Part shown: positions 1 to 9,189 of the stretch, piece after piece
How the letters are laid out: each line of letters opens with the position of its first letter
Numbering within the stretch: position 1 is the first letter of the stretch
Virus record (IMG/VR): IMGVR_UViG_3300031965_000023
Location: 1,362-65,361 of that record
Origin: a virus
Taxonomy: Duplodnaviria > Caudoviricetes
DNA: 64,000 bases
Direction: 5' to 3' (one strand)
Made by a program: the position numbers and the translations under genes
The notes under the pieces: model-generated
Databases searched by the model: none
What the model saw: only the letters and a program-made list of their open reading frames with translations
Told to the model about the DNA's origin: nothing

Positions 1-470
1 AAGGCGGGAGGAAGAATTGCTTCGCCTCCCACACTAACCCATTTATATCGAGGATCACCTTTTATTCGTCCCGTCTTTTTACTCCCAGTTTTATACTCTC
101 CGATTTGTGTCCATTTTTGCTGGACAACGGGAAGAGTTTGGTCGCGTGGGATAAGGTATCCTCGTGTGTCTGCGATGTGTTCTTTAATGCCAGTAATATA
201 GTATGTCGCGAACCCCCCCATTGGAAGGATAACTACAGGAGAGGATTCTTCTATCTCTTTAGAGAATCGAGGGAGTGCGTCACGTAACTGCGTAACTGAT
301 GGACGTTTCCCGGTGTTCTTTGGAGGTTCTTCCAAGAGATACACTACTCGTACATCCGTCTTAAGAATCCCTGACTCATGAAGTTTCTGCCAAAACCAAG
401 CGACAACACCTTCATCATCCATGAACGGCAAAATAAATAAATAGGGTGCGTCTTTCCGTCCTTCTACCAT
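1..470 (-). CDS. 5' part of DNA polymerase gene: uracil-DNA-glycosylase (family 4)-like N-terminal domain, runs off the window edge
   Basis: Manually translated open frame from ATG at 470: MVEGRKDAPYLFILPF...QLRDALPRFSKEIEESSPVVILPMGGFATYYITGIKEHIADTRGY..., which resembles the UDG4 pattern (L..EI....P.VI..LG..A...G.I...RG). The polymerase C-terminus is at the other window end on the same strand. Confidence 0.55.
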   Translation of the reverse strand, partial: MVEGRKDAPYLFILPFMDDEGVVAWFWQKLHESGILKTDVRVVYLLEEPPKNTGKRPSVTQLRDALPRFSKEIEESSPVVILPMGGFATYYITGIKEHIADTRGYLIPRDQTLPVVQQKWTQIGEYKTGSKKTGRIKGDPRYKWVSVGGEAILPPA

Positions 471-1078
471 TCTCGCCCCCTCAAATCTTCAAGCCTAATT
501 TCTCGTAACTCACAAGTCTCATTTCGGTGCAATCTCCCCCCTTGTCCCGGCCGAGTGTTCAGCCACCAAAGAAGATGGACAGGGATCAACCATTGCCATT
601 TTCTGCGCATCCAGCGTAGCACTCGCATATCCGATTTTTCGCTCGGACCTCGGTAAATATTACAGGCGGCACAAAGAAGCCGAACATTTTCTAGTGTTGA
701 TAGACTACCAGCAATAATGTGGTCTATGTTTAACCTACGATTATTCTGTTTCGTTCCTAAAACAAATGGACCGCCCTGCGCATGAAAGAGCCAAATTAGC
801 CACGCCGGTATCCCGCAAATCCTGCAACGTTCTTTTGGGTCAACGAGGGATTCTGCCAATACCTGTGCTGCGTGATTATCAAAATTGTATCTATTTCTCA
901 TACGTCGAGCAAGTCCATTTATCCGACTACTCGTTCTTCGGTGGTACTCTCTTTGTGTACTTACGTTTCTTTCTTTCCATCGGTGCTTGCGTAGGTTCTC
1001 GCACGGAATGCACCGCTTCTGCTTGTCCCTTCTCGTTTGTTTGTGGCATCGGTTGCATATTCGTTTCTGTTGGACCAT
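464..1078 (-). CDS. HNH endonuclease with N-terminal Zn finger (free-standing, homing-type)
   Basis: CRICG...LNIDHII...LENVRLLCAACN motif; N-terminal CNRC/CIPC pairs; start taken at MVQQKR. Confidence 0.75.
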   Translation of the reverse strand: MVQQKRICNRCHKQTRRDKQKRCIPCENLRKHRWKERNVSTQREYHRRTSSRINGLARRMRNRYNFDNHAAQVLAESLVDPKERCRICGIPAWLIWLFHAQGGPFVLGTKQNNRRLNIDHIIAGSLSTLENVRLLCAACNIYRGPSEKSDMRVLRWMRRKWQWLIPVHLLWWLNTRPGQGGRLHRNETCELREIRLEDLRGREW

Positions 1079-1604
1079 TCCCTTCGTTCTCCTTCGACTC
1101 GCGCGCCAGACCAAAGGAGATCAAGGCGTTGGCTAATGCAGTAGAAATCGCATCTGTTGCGACTTGAACAACGTAGCCTTTCATGTCTGGAATATCTGCT
1201 TCGGGAATAGGGAATGTCATACCGTCGATGACAACAACACCATTCTCAAGGTCAATCCCTTGTACACGCTCAAACCGGGGGATACCTCTGGTCAAAGAAA
1301 CACGAGACTCGGGTGGAAGTAAATGTTGGTGTGGAGATTCTCGTATGTTTTCTTCTGGAACTCCCATATGTTCAGCCAGTAATTTATCTCGCCTTGCCTG
1401 TTCTTCTGGATCGAGTGCGCTTGGAATCGGAGGGGGTGCATTCATCGCGGCAGATCGAACCAGAGTCGGTGCTTCTGCTGCGATTACTGATTCTCCCCGG
1501 AATGTGGCTCGCCCCATTGGGCGACCTCTGTTGTGCTCTGCTACCTGATGCGCGAGGCGAGTGAAAGGATTATCCTTTTCAAACACTTCTCTTCCATCAC
1601 TCAT
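927..1604 (-). CDS. hypothetical protein
   Basis: 225-aa ORF coupled to the upstream gene; its C-terminal tail overlaps the HNH ORF. Confidence 0.55.
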   Translation of the reverse strand: MSDGREVFEKDNPFTRLAHQVAEHNRGRPMGRATFRGESVIAAEAPTLVRSAAMNAPPPIPSALDPEEQARRDKLLAEHMGVPEENIRESPHQHLLPPESRVSLTRGIPRFERVQGIDLENGVVVIDGMTFPIPEADIPDMKGYVVQVATDAISTALANALISFGLARESKENEGNGPTETNMQPMPQTNEKGQAEAVHSVREPTQAPMERKKRKYTKRVPPKNE

Positions 1605-2191
1605 TATGACTCCTGTGAAACTGGCAAGAACGACTCTGCTTGTGTTTGCCTATCGTACTTAACATTTTCTCCCTTGTTCGGAGAATTAACTAGATTCATA
1701 ACAACAACTTTGCCGACTAGCGGGCTAGGAGGCATCCCCCCAACAGGGAAAAGACTCTTCAATAGAGCAGCCTTCAGCCCGGGCTCCCTCGGGGCGTAGC
1801 CGGTCGCGCGCAAAAGTGTCTGTAATGTTCCGACAGACCTAAAATTCATTGCGGCAAGACCATCATCCTGGACTGCACCAGCTAGAACAGGAAAATTGAT
1901 ATAGACACGAGTCCAAACTTTTCGTCCAACATTCTTATTCTGTGGATCACCACTAGGACGAATTTTGGTTACAACTTGAAAACAAGTATGTCCTTTTGGT
2001 GAACGCGAGGATGCAGCTTCCTCGATCACTGCAATCTCTGACCACCGGAAATATTCATCACCAGTTTTCTTGTCAATCGCTACTTTCGCCCCCGCAGGTG
2101 GACGAACATTGGGGTCCATTGCCGCGTCAGCAGCAGCTTGGGCTTCGGGGGATACATCTAGAAACTCCGGTACTTTAATCTCTTCGCTCAT
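1604..2191 (-). CDS. putative single-stranded DNA-binding protein (DUF669-like)
   Basis: 195 aa directly after a Sak4-like ATPase, the usual SSB position; beta-rich pattern. Inferred mainly from synteny. Confidence 0.45.
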   Translation of the reverse strand: MSEEIKVPEFLDVSPEAQAAADAAMDPNVRPPAGAKVAIDKKTGDEYFRWSEIAVIEEAASSRSPKGHTCFQVVTKIRPSGDPQNKNVGRKVWTRVYINFPVLAGAVQDDGLAAMNFRSVGTLQTLLRATGYAPREPGLKAALLKSLFPVGGMPPSPLVGKVVVMNLVNSPNKGENVKYDRQTQAESFLPVSQES

Positions 2192-3075
2192 GCGCTCTCC
2201 TGTGTGAGTTTACTTCTCATTTGTACAAACTCTAAATACATGTTCCAGAAATTCACTGGATTCTTGTCAAGAGCAATTCTAGAAAGACCATTCCCCTTCT
2301 CATAATCACCTTCCCGCATCTTCGCAATGTATTGACCATCATGGTCTGTGACGGCGATCACTTTCATCGTGGGGACAGAATCACCCGGAATCAGAACTGG
2401 ATCACGAATCAAACGGATCACTGTGCTGAATTTTGCTGGAAGGTCTTGTGTCATTTTCCGGCCCGGGTGCGACGGCCCACCAACAACACCTACATTGCCA
2501 ACCTGTTTGCTATCTTCGTGACAAATAAAAATGATATGCATGTCCCGTTGCTTATCAAAAATCGTGTCGATAAATCCACGAGAAAGAGACTCAATCCCCT
2601 GATAATCACTCCGGTTCGGAATTGCTTGTCCACCGTCATTAGGGTCGCCAATTTTGTAATGCATTTCTCTGTCAATAGCACCCGTGTTCGCAGCATACTG
2701 AATACAATCCATCGCAACTTTTGTGTAAGTATCCACGACGATTGTTTTGACAGTAGGGAATACTTTCTTCCAATCTGTCATACAAAACTGTTGAAAGTTG
2801 GTGATCGGATCACCTTTCTTGATCTCTCCTGTTTCTGGGTCCGTCCATTCCGTCCGAGGCTTAATCACCTTGATCCTCCCCGACATTCGTTGCTCGGGGG
2901 AAATGGAGTGGAGGAATTCTGAATTCTCATCTGCTGCGTAAAGAAGAATGTCACCGAATGGCTCTTCTGGAACACAAAGACCAAATCGACTCTTCCCTAC
3001 ACCAGCACTTCCGTAAAGAATAATACGTTCTCTGTCACTCTCGTTAAGAGTAGGGTCGAAAACTTCTAGTGCCAC
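2188..3075 (-). CDS. AAA_24 / Sak4-like ATPase (single-strand annealing)
   Basis: Walker A GSAGVGKS, Walker B IVVDT, HIIFICHE; GTG start at 3075 behind GGAGG. Confidence 0.75.
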   Translation of the reverse strand: MALEVFDPTLNESDRERIILYGSAGVGKSRFGLCVPEEPFGDILLYAADENSEFLHSISPEQRMSGRIKVIKPRTEWTDPETGEIKKGDPITNFQQFCMTDWKKVFPTVKTIVVDTYTKVAMDCIQYAANTGAIDREMHYKIGDPNDGGQAIPNRSDYQGIESLSRGFIDTIFDKQRDMHIIFICHEDSKQVGNVGVVGGPSHPGRKMTQDLPAKFSTVIRLIRDPVLIPGDSVPTMKVIAVTDHDGQYIAKMREGDYEKGNGLSRIALDKNPVNFWNMYLEFVQMRSKLTQESA

Positions 3076-3107
3076 ATAACCTCCTATATGGTATGAACTT
3101 ACAGGGG

Positions 3108-3136
3108 AGTATAGCACGGCCCCTGGCCCCTGTCAA
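3108..3136 (-). promoter_or_regulatory. sigma70-type promoter
   Basis: TTGACA-17 nt-TATACT with extended -10 TG on the minus strand, upstream of the Sak4-like gene. Confidence 0.85.
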
Positions 3137-4095
3137 GGGCGAAAAGCTGAAGCAAGAGCGTGCTCTATGTCCCGGTCGGACAAAGGTTTAGGTCGGCACA
3201 TAACATTTCCATAACAAAGAGCTTCCCTTGCTTGGTCTTTGTTAATTCCTAGCTCGTATAATTTCCTCGCTGTGTGCCACATCGCGTCATGTCGTCCCGG
3301 TTCCTCCCATCCTTCTATCAGAAATTTCTTTGCCTTCAATGTTAAGTGGGGGAACGCTAGTGCCCAAGCTGCCCCCTCGGGGAGTGTCGAGGTCTCTGGT
3401 TGGGTGAATTCTTCGGGCGGTGTGCCGACAATGAGTAACTTTGTCAAACCTATGTGTGACTTTCCTTCTTGAAGAAGAGTCGTTTGCCGTCCAGTTTTTG
3501 TGTTGAGAGTTCCAGGGCATCGCATCAACCGAGGAAGATCACGAGTACTTGGGTCTATCCGGCATCCGAGTAGTTCACCAATTTTTTCATCTAGTCTACG
3601 GAGCCAATATCCATGAGTGCGCGAAACATCCGATCTAGTGTACAAGAACAGATTGTTCAACTTCTCGCCCACAAGTTGGTCTCCTTCTGTCATGAATGGA
3701 GTATCTTCGAGACGAACCCAAGCTTGTGCCCCTCTCCCCGAATCAATAATCAATGGTTCGAGGTTCCTTCCCATCCATTCTCCGAGTGAGATTAATACTT
3801 CTTCTAGGACTGGTTCGGGCCTGGGAAAATCAGCTACAGGATCAACGTCAATAAGAAACCACGACCAATGTGACACATCTTTGGCCGAGTGTCTTGTGCC
3901 AGGAGAGGGGAAGGCAGGGTTAGGTGCGATATAGAAATTGTAGTTAGGAAAGGTAGCGATTGCTAGCTCTAACTCTCGTGCTGTACTAGCATAATCTCCT
4001 ACCCGATGACTTCTATCGTGGTTCTGTGCCATCCAACGAATAACAGAGCCTTTAGGATGAGGGAGAAGGGACCAAAGTTTCTCGGTATCTGTCAT
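3133..4095 (-). CDS. primase-polymerase (RepB/AEP-type) with C-terminal PriCT-like helical domain
   Basis: FYIAPNP, WFLIDVD, IIDSGRGAQAW and DLPRLMRCPGTLN motifs; C-terminal GRHDAMW...ARKL. Confidence 0.72.
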   Translation of the reverse strand: MTDTEKLWSLLPHPKGSVIRWMAQNHDRSHRVGDYASTARELELAIATFPNYNFYIAPNPAFPSPGTRHSAKDVSHWSWFLIDVDPVADFPRPEPVLEEVLISLGEWMGRNLEPLIIDSGRGAQAWVRLEDTPFMTEGDQLVGEKLNNLFLYTRSDVSRTHGYWLRRLDEKIGELLGCRIDPSTRDLPRLMRCPGTLNTKTGRQTTLLQEGKSHIGLTKLLIVGTPPEEFTQPETSTLPEGAAWALAFPHLTLKAKKFLIEGWEEPGRHDAMWHTARKLYELGINKDQAREALCYGNVMCRPKPLSDRDIEHALASAFRP

Positions 4096-5042
4096 GTAAT
4101 TAGTACTTCCTCCCCAGGCTGGTACGTCTCTTCTCTGTCTTTGAAGTAGTTAGGATTATCTAGTTCAATCTCTCCATTGAGCACACGGAAGTAAGGGTCG
4201 ATGACGTTATGAAAATATCCGTCGTTCATGGATTCGTTGGGGAGTGGGATTCTTCCTTCTTCCTGATACCGTCGCTCAGTTTCTCTCATCTCCCAAGCGT
4301 AGAGACTTGCTTCCTCCATCATTTTTTCATTCTGCTCAGGAGAAATATTTACTACCCCCTGCCAGAAAATTTCATCTACGCCATGAAGGATCTTCCCTTC
4401 TGGGTTCTTCTTCGTTGGAACGCCACGATACTTTAGTTTACGAAGAAGGTTTAAGACCGTCCCACCGTAAGGAATCTCAGGATATTTCCTGCTCATCGCG
4501 TAAGCGTATACGTGTTCATGTAAATGCCGAGTAGCTAATTCGGCGTACATAGCAAAATTAACTCCTGCTGCAAGGCCTCGATTTTGAACGTGACATAACC
4601 TGCCCCAGAGAATAGCCATTCTATCTGGTCTACCACGAAAGAAAATATCATGATGAAGTGGCGATTGGATAAGGAATGGCTGCTCCACTTCGAGTGGAGG
4701 ATTTTCAATGGGGTAGTGGTCTTTCCATAAGCAGAGAGGTTCAGCATACGCGGCCAAATCTTCAAGTGCATCTGCCGCGTCTTGCCTATCTTTCATATTA
4801 TTGGCATCCGAGAGTGCGATACTCCACTTATCTGCGTATCTTTGGATCACTTCTTCCATGGGGATTTGTTCTATAAAATAGGATTCGAACAATTGATGAA
4901 GAAGTTTTCCGAACCTAAGTGGGCGACCCTCTTCAACTGGTACGCGGTTGAGAACCCATTTGGAAAGCCAACGATAGCGGCAGGTCATGAAGTCTTGGAC
5001 CGAAGAAACGTTGACAATATACTTATCCACAGTATTACTCAC
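4092..5042 (-). CDS. PD-(D/E)XK / Cas4-like exonuclease family protein (catalytic motif atypical)
   Basis: SSVQDFMTCRYRW, FGKLLHQLFE, EVEQPF, RGRPDR, VYAYA; GTG start at 5042. Confidence 0.62.
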   Translation of the reverse strand: MSNTVDKYIVNVSSVQDFMTCRYRWLSKWVLNRVPVEEGRPLRFGKLLHQLFESYFIEQIPMEEVIQRYADKWSIALSDANNMKDRQDAADALEDLAAYAEPLCLWKDHYPIENPPLEVEQPFLIQSPLHHDIFFRGRPDRMAILWGRLCHVQNRGLAAGVNFAMYAELATRHLHEHVYAYAMSRKYPEIPYGGTVLNLLRKLKYRGVPTKKNPEGKILHGVDEIFWQGVVNISPEQNEKMMEEASLYAWEMRETERRYQEEGRIPLPNESMNDGYFHNVIDPYFRVLNGEIELDNPNYFKDREETYQPGEEVLIT

Positions 5043-5601
5043 TGTCTGCTCCTTCCACCGCTCCCCCCTCATTCGCCCAAGCCATTGTTTCCTTCTCAAT
5101 CGCCGCAACTTCTTCATCTTGTGGTGGCGTGACTTTTGCTTCTGTTGCCAAAAGTGTCGGCTCGGGGAGGCCGACCATTGCAGTTCGGCGGAAGATGATT
5201 GCTCCTAGTCCAATTCCGTTTGGAAGAACGTTGAATACTTCCCACCCCTCAGGACCATTGACAATAGCTGTCATGTAATCACCAAGATTTTTTGGTGTTC
5301 CTGTTTTCTCGTCATACCCTGTCCCATTGTATGCTTTACTCACTGACCACCACTCAACCGGATTGATAACCCACTGCTCCTTCCCATCCACTTCTCGGCG
5401 GCGAGCACGTTTGTATAAGTGGACAAGGTGCTGGTCGATATCGTACTTTTCTACGTCGAGAGTTTTTTCAGGATTCTCTTTCAGTCCTTGGCTATCTTGT
5501 TGGGGAGCTTGTTCTTCCTCGATTTTTTTTGCTAGTCTCTTCTCTAATTCTGTAAGCTTCTCTGATGGAATCTGACTTTCTGGCATCGGACTTTCTGGCA
5601 T
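5035..5601 (-). CDS. hypothetical protein
   Basis: 188-aa ORF in the operon. Confidence 0.55.
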   Translation of the reverse strand: MPESPMPESQIPSEKLTELEKRLAKKIEEEQAPQQDSQGLKENPEKTLDVEKYDIDQHLVHLYKRARRREVDGKEQWVINPVEWWSVSKAYNGTGYDEKTGTPKNLGDYMTAIVNGPEGWEVFNVLPNGIGLGAIIFRRTAMVGLPEPTLLATEAKVTPPQDEEVAAIEKETMAWANEGGAVEGADSE

Positions 5602-5609
5602 CTTTCCTC

Positions 5610-6215
5610 CTAGAAGAATTTACCTTGGTTCATTGTTGGCAAAACACAAATAATCTCTGGATGATACTCGAACCCTTCAACTTCCCATTCCTTAATCACT
5701 TTAGAAATAAACACCCAATCGGAAAGTCCAAGAAGATGGGGTGGAAAATCCGCCATTCTTGGAATTCGGTTCTTGTTGTTAGGTACGACGATCTGTTGAC
5801 CACTTACCTCACAAGCTTGAACACTATTCGAAAGGATTCTTCCTGTGTGTTGCATGGCAAAGATGTGCGGCCTTGAGGAGTGTACCACCCTTTGCCGGAT
5901 CGAGTCAACTGCTCCTTCGGGGATACTATCGTCGTCCCCAATAAACCATAAAAAATCACCTTTTGCTTCTTTAATTCCTAGATCACACGGAGTACAACCA
6001 TAATCACCCACTCGGGTGGGTGTCTCTAAATACCGAACAGTAGGATATAATCCACAAAGTTTAGTGATATATGGGTCGAGTGGGCCATCCCCGACGACGA
6101 TAAATTCATCTTGTGGCTGTAATTGTTTAACGACATCGAGCAAAAGAACAGCCAGAGACGACCGCCCAATAGTGGGACAGATTAATGAAAGTGCTACGCC
6201 AGTGCGTTCAACCAT
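5610..6215 (-). CDS. glycosyltransferase family 2 (GT-A)
   Basis: LSLICPTIGR, EFIVVGDG and GIKEAKGDFLWFIGDDD (DxD) motifs. Confidence 0.82.
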   Translation of the reverse strand: MVERTGVALSLICPTIGRSSLAVLLLDVVKQLQPQDEFIVVGDGPLDPYITKLCGLYPTVRYLETPTRVGDYGCTPCDLGIKEAKGDFLWFIGDDDSIPEGAVDSIRQRVVHSSRPHIFAMQHTGRILSNSVQACEVSGQQIVVPNNKNRIPRMADFPPHLLGLSDWVFISKVIKEWEVEGFEYHPEIICVLPTMNQGKFF

Positions 6216-7276
6216 TTGATTACAGTGTCCTGTTCATGGTCAGTCATATCAGGGAACATCGGGATTGAGAATACTTGTCGTGCTAGTTTTTCTGCTACAG
6301 GCCAGGGTCCCTGCCCCTGTGACTCTTGAACAAAGACGGGTTGCATCGGGACGGGGACAGGATAATGGATAAGGGATGGGATTCCAGCCTCGTTCAATCC
6401 TCTGACGATGCGATCTCGTTGAGGATGTTGGAGCACGTAAAGATGATAGACATGGGTATTGTAAACTCCACACCGAGGCGTTGTGTACTTTCTGTCAAGT
6501 CCGACCCGATATCGTTCAGCGAGTTGTTGTCGCTTCTTGTTTGATTGGTCTAGATACTTTAGTTTTACTCGAAGAACAGCCGCTTGGATTTCATCGAGAC
6601 ACGAATTCAACCCATCATATTTGTGGAGATACCGATCAATCCGACCTCCATCGCGGAGAACACGAGTAAGACTGTCGATCACAGGGTACTTAGTAACTAT
6701 CCCCCCTGCTTCTCCAAACGCTCCAAGATTCTTTGTCGGATAAAAAGAGAAAGCCGCAGCATCACCCCAACATCCGGCAAAGACCCAATTATGGGTTGCA
6801 CCGTGAGCTTGTGCTGCATCTTCGATCACGATAAGTTTATATTTCTCTGCGATGTGCTTTATCTCTATCATGTCCGCTGTCTGCCCATAAAGATGGACAG
6901 GGATGATCGCCCTCGTTTTTCCTGTGATAGCAGATTCGATCTTTTCTGGATCAAGACAGTATATATCTGGGTCAACATCTACAAAAACATTCTTTGCCTT
7001 TGTCGCACGAACGGCAAGGGCTGTATACGCCACATTGTGCGCAGGAGAAATCACTTCATCTCCCTCTCCGATTGCAAAAGCTTTCAATGCAATTCTAATC
7101 GCGTCTGTCCCATTCCCTACACCAGCGCAGAAAGGCATACCTAGATATGCAGCAAATTCTCTCTCAAAAGCAAGACCATGATCACTAAGAATGTATTTCT
7201 TTCTTTGTACTACATCAAGGATCGCCTCGATAATTTCGCTTTCATAACTTTCACAAAAATCTAGATTAAAATTCAT
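6194..7276 (-). CDS. DegT/DnrJ/EryC1/StrS PLP-dependent sugar aminotransferase
   Basis: GNGTDAI, IIPVHLYGQ, IEDAAQAHG, FSFYPTKNLGAFGEAG (PLP lysine), LDEIQAAVL. Confidence 0.95.
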   Translation of the reverse strand: MNFNLDFCESYESEIIEAILDVVQRKKYILSDHGLAFEREFAAYLGMPFCAGVGNGTDAIRIALKAFAIGEGDEVISPAHNVAYTALAVRATKAKNVFVDVDPDIYCLDPEKIESAITGKTRAIIPVHLYGQTADMIEIKHIAEKYKLIVIEDAAQAHGATHNWVFAGCWGDAAAFSFYPTKNLGAFGEAGGIVTKYPVIDSLTRVLRDGGRIDRYLHKYDGLNSCLDEIQAAVLRVKLKYLDQSNKKRQQLAERYRVGLDRKYTTPRCGVYNTHVYHLYVLQHPQRDRIVRGLNEAGIPSLIHYPVPVPMQPVFVQESQGQGPWPVAEKLARQVFSIPMFPDMTDHEQDTVIKWLNALA

Positions 7277-7806
7277 TTTTTAACCCCATGATACCTGAGG
7301 ATTTCTTCATAGATTTCTTCTTGTCGAGGATCATTTTTAATAATACCCGAATGATAAAGCAATTCCGCTTCCTCTGTCTCCCCAACGATCTGCCATCCAA
7401 GTTCTTGATTCAAGTGGCGGATAGCGCCATTGTCTTTTCTCTGTGAGCCTGCAAGTGGGCCGTTCGCTACTTCTAGATAATGTTTAATTATCTCTCTCCC
7501 GTACCCTCTTCCGTGAGCAGCGGGCACAACACCAAACATAGGAGTAGTGAAATCACCCTTCTTTTGGACAACAGAAAATGCGACAAAATACCATGGTTCG
7601 TCTACGGGAGTGTAGAGGAAAGCTTTAACCTTTGAGTGGTCTAGACTCGTCCACCATATTTTTTGTTTCTGTTCACTGATTTCTGGGATGTAGGAAATCG
7701 TCTCCATATCAGAACGAATCGCATTGAAAATTTGTCGCATCAATTCGACTTGTATTGGTTCGCGAATTGGATGTGGTATCAATTTATCTGTGTTTTCTTT
7801 GGTCAT
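7273..7806 (-). CDS. GNAT-family N-acetyltransferase
   Basis: GVVPAAHGRGYG acetyl-CoA motif A, N..AI..LNQELGW; start at MTKENTDK. Confidence 0.68.
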   Translation of the reverse strand: MTKENTDKLIPHPIREPIQVELMRQIFNAIRSDMETISYIPEISEQKQKIWWTSLDHSKVKAFLYTPVDEPWYFVAFSVVQKKGDFTTPMFGVVPAAHGRGYGREIIKHYLEVANGPLAGSQRKDNGAIRHLNQELGWQIVGETEEAELLYHSGIIKNDPRQEEIYEEILRYHGVKK

Positions 7807-8021
7807 GGCTTCACCTCCTCGTCGTGAGCACGGAGAGCGGCCTTCACCGGAATACATGGGCACCAACCGTGCTTTGCTATCTCGCGCAGAGCATTCGCCA
7901 ATCGTTCTGCGTCCGCGCGAGCGTCGCGCAAGTCTAATGTGAGCGTAGAGATGAGCGCACCACAACCGCATGGCGTGTCTGCCCCGCTCACTCTTCTCAA
8001 CTGCTCATTCGTTATTCGCAC
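7803..8021 (-). CDS. hypothetical protein (GC-rich island)
   Basis: 72-aa ORF coupled to its neighbours. Confidence 0.4.
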   Translation of the reverse strand: MRITNEQLRRVSGADTPCGCGALISTLTLDLRDARADAERLANALREIAKHGWCPCIPVKAALRAHDEEVKP

Positions 8022-8475
8022 GCTGCCCTCCTTTCGCGCTCGCCACGATGTCCTCCGGGCGCAGGGCGCGGATGCTGTCGTAGATGTAGCTGGGGGTCGA
8101 GTGCAGCAACCCGGCGCAGTCTCGGCCCTTTTCGGCGGCGGCGATCAGCGCCAACCGTACGCCCTCGCGCAGCCCGCGTGCGTAGGCGGCATCGGCTCTG
8201 GCGATTTCCTTCTCCTGGCGTTCCTTGTGCATGTCCTTGGTCGCCTGCGCTTCGTCGCGCTTGGCGCATGCCGCATCGAAACAGCGTTGGCATGCCGCCC
8301 CGCCTTTGTGACCGCAGGCCCACTCCATTTCAACGAATGAGTTCGGCATCTTCTCAGCCGCGCGATTCTTTAGTGCGTTCACAGCGGCGTCGCGCTCGGC
8401 CTGTGCGGCGAGTAGGGCATCGAGGGCCTTGACCCATTCATCATATGGCACTTCATCCCGCGTCAGTTCTCTCAT
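8005..8475 (-). CDS. hypothetical coiled-coil protein (GC-rich island)
   Basis: 156-aa Ala-rich ORF; ATGA overlap with groES. Confidence 0.5.
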   Translation of the reverse strand: MRELTRDEVPYDEWVKALDALLAAQAERDAAVNALKNRAAEKMPNSFVEMEWACGHKGGAACQRCFDAACAKRDEAQATKDMHKERQEKEIARADAAYARGLREGVRLALIAAAEKGRDCAGLLHSTPSYIYDSIRALRPEDIVASAKGGQRANNE

Positions 8476-8759
8476 AGTCCCTCCACCACCGCGAGGGCAT
8501 CGTCCTCTGTGATGAAAAAGAAATCTTTATATGGTGTCCCGACGAATGGCTTTGTGACAATCCTATCCCCTACATTAACTTCTGGTGCGCGCCGTGTTCC
8601 GTCCTTCACTCTTCCACCATTCCCAACCGCGATCACTTCAGCGAACATGGATGGCTCATCCGTAAGATTCACAACCTCGATCATACTCGATGTCAAAGCT
8701 TGTGCCGCCAGACGTTTGATTAAAATTCGTGGTCCTGTTACTCGGATGGATTGTTCCAT
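8472..8759 (-). CDS. groES: GroES/Cpn10 co-chaperonin
   Basis: 95 aa; GPRILIKR, AEVIAVGNG, PEVNVGDRIV, FITEDDALAVV pattern. Confidence 0.82.
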   Translation of the reverse strand: MEQSIRVTGPRILIKRLAAQALTSSMIEVVNLTDEPSMFAEVIAVGNGGRVKDGTRRAPEVNVGDRIVTKPFVGTPYKDFFFITEDDALAVVEGL

Positions 8760-8986
8760 TGTTCAGTTACCTCCACTTTTGCTATCCCGCTAAATGTTAT
8801 CGGGAGATACACCCGAGCAGAATCATCTAAGCTGGCTCGGGTGTGCTCTAAGTAGCCAATATGAAACTCACATGCCCCCTGAGCGTACAGTTTTTCAATT
8901 TGACGTAACACTTCCACGCTGCCAGCAACATCTACTGGAACACTCAAAGGAATAGGAATTTCTGCAAACGATGTAAGAAGGATCAT
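8738..8986 (-). CDS. hypothetical protein
   Basis: 82-aa ORF in a tightly packed operon. Confidence 0.45.
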   Translation of the reverse strand: MILLTSFAEIPIPLSVPVDVAGSVEVLRQIEKLYAQGACEFHIGYLEHTRASLDDSARVYLPITFSGIAKVEVTEQWNNPSE

Positions 8987-9189
8987 CCCTCACTCCCCCC
9001 TTGTCTCTCAACACCATACAGTTTATTCGCAGCATCTCGCAACTCATTAATGTCTCTCCAAAATCCCCACGGCACTCCACTATGTGGATCAAAAGCTGGA
9101 TAATTCGCAATTCTGAAAGCGACCGTGAGCACTTCATCCTCTAAATGCGAGAGTTGACGAATGGCTTCAAGAAATCTCTGCTCGTTCAT
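8983..9189 (-). CDS. hypothetical protein
   Basis: Start at MNEQRFL; ATGA coupling. Confidence 0.45.
   Translation of the reverse strand: MNEQRFLEAIRQLSHLEDEVLTVAFRIANYPAFDPHSGVPWGFWRDINELRDAANKLYGVERQGGSEG

Noticed and set aside
4092-5042. CRISPR-associated Cas4
   Set aside because: No array or other cas genes; this is a typical phage replication-module PD-(D/E)XK protein.
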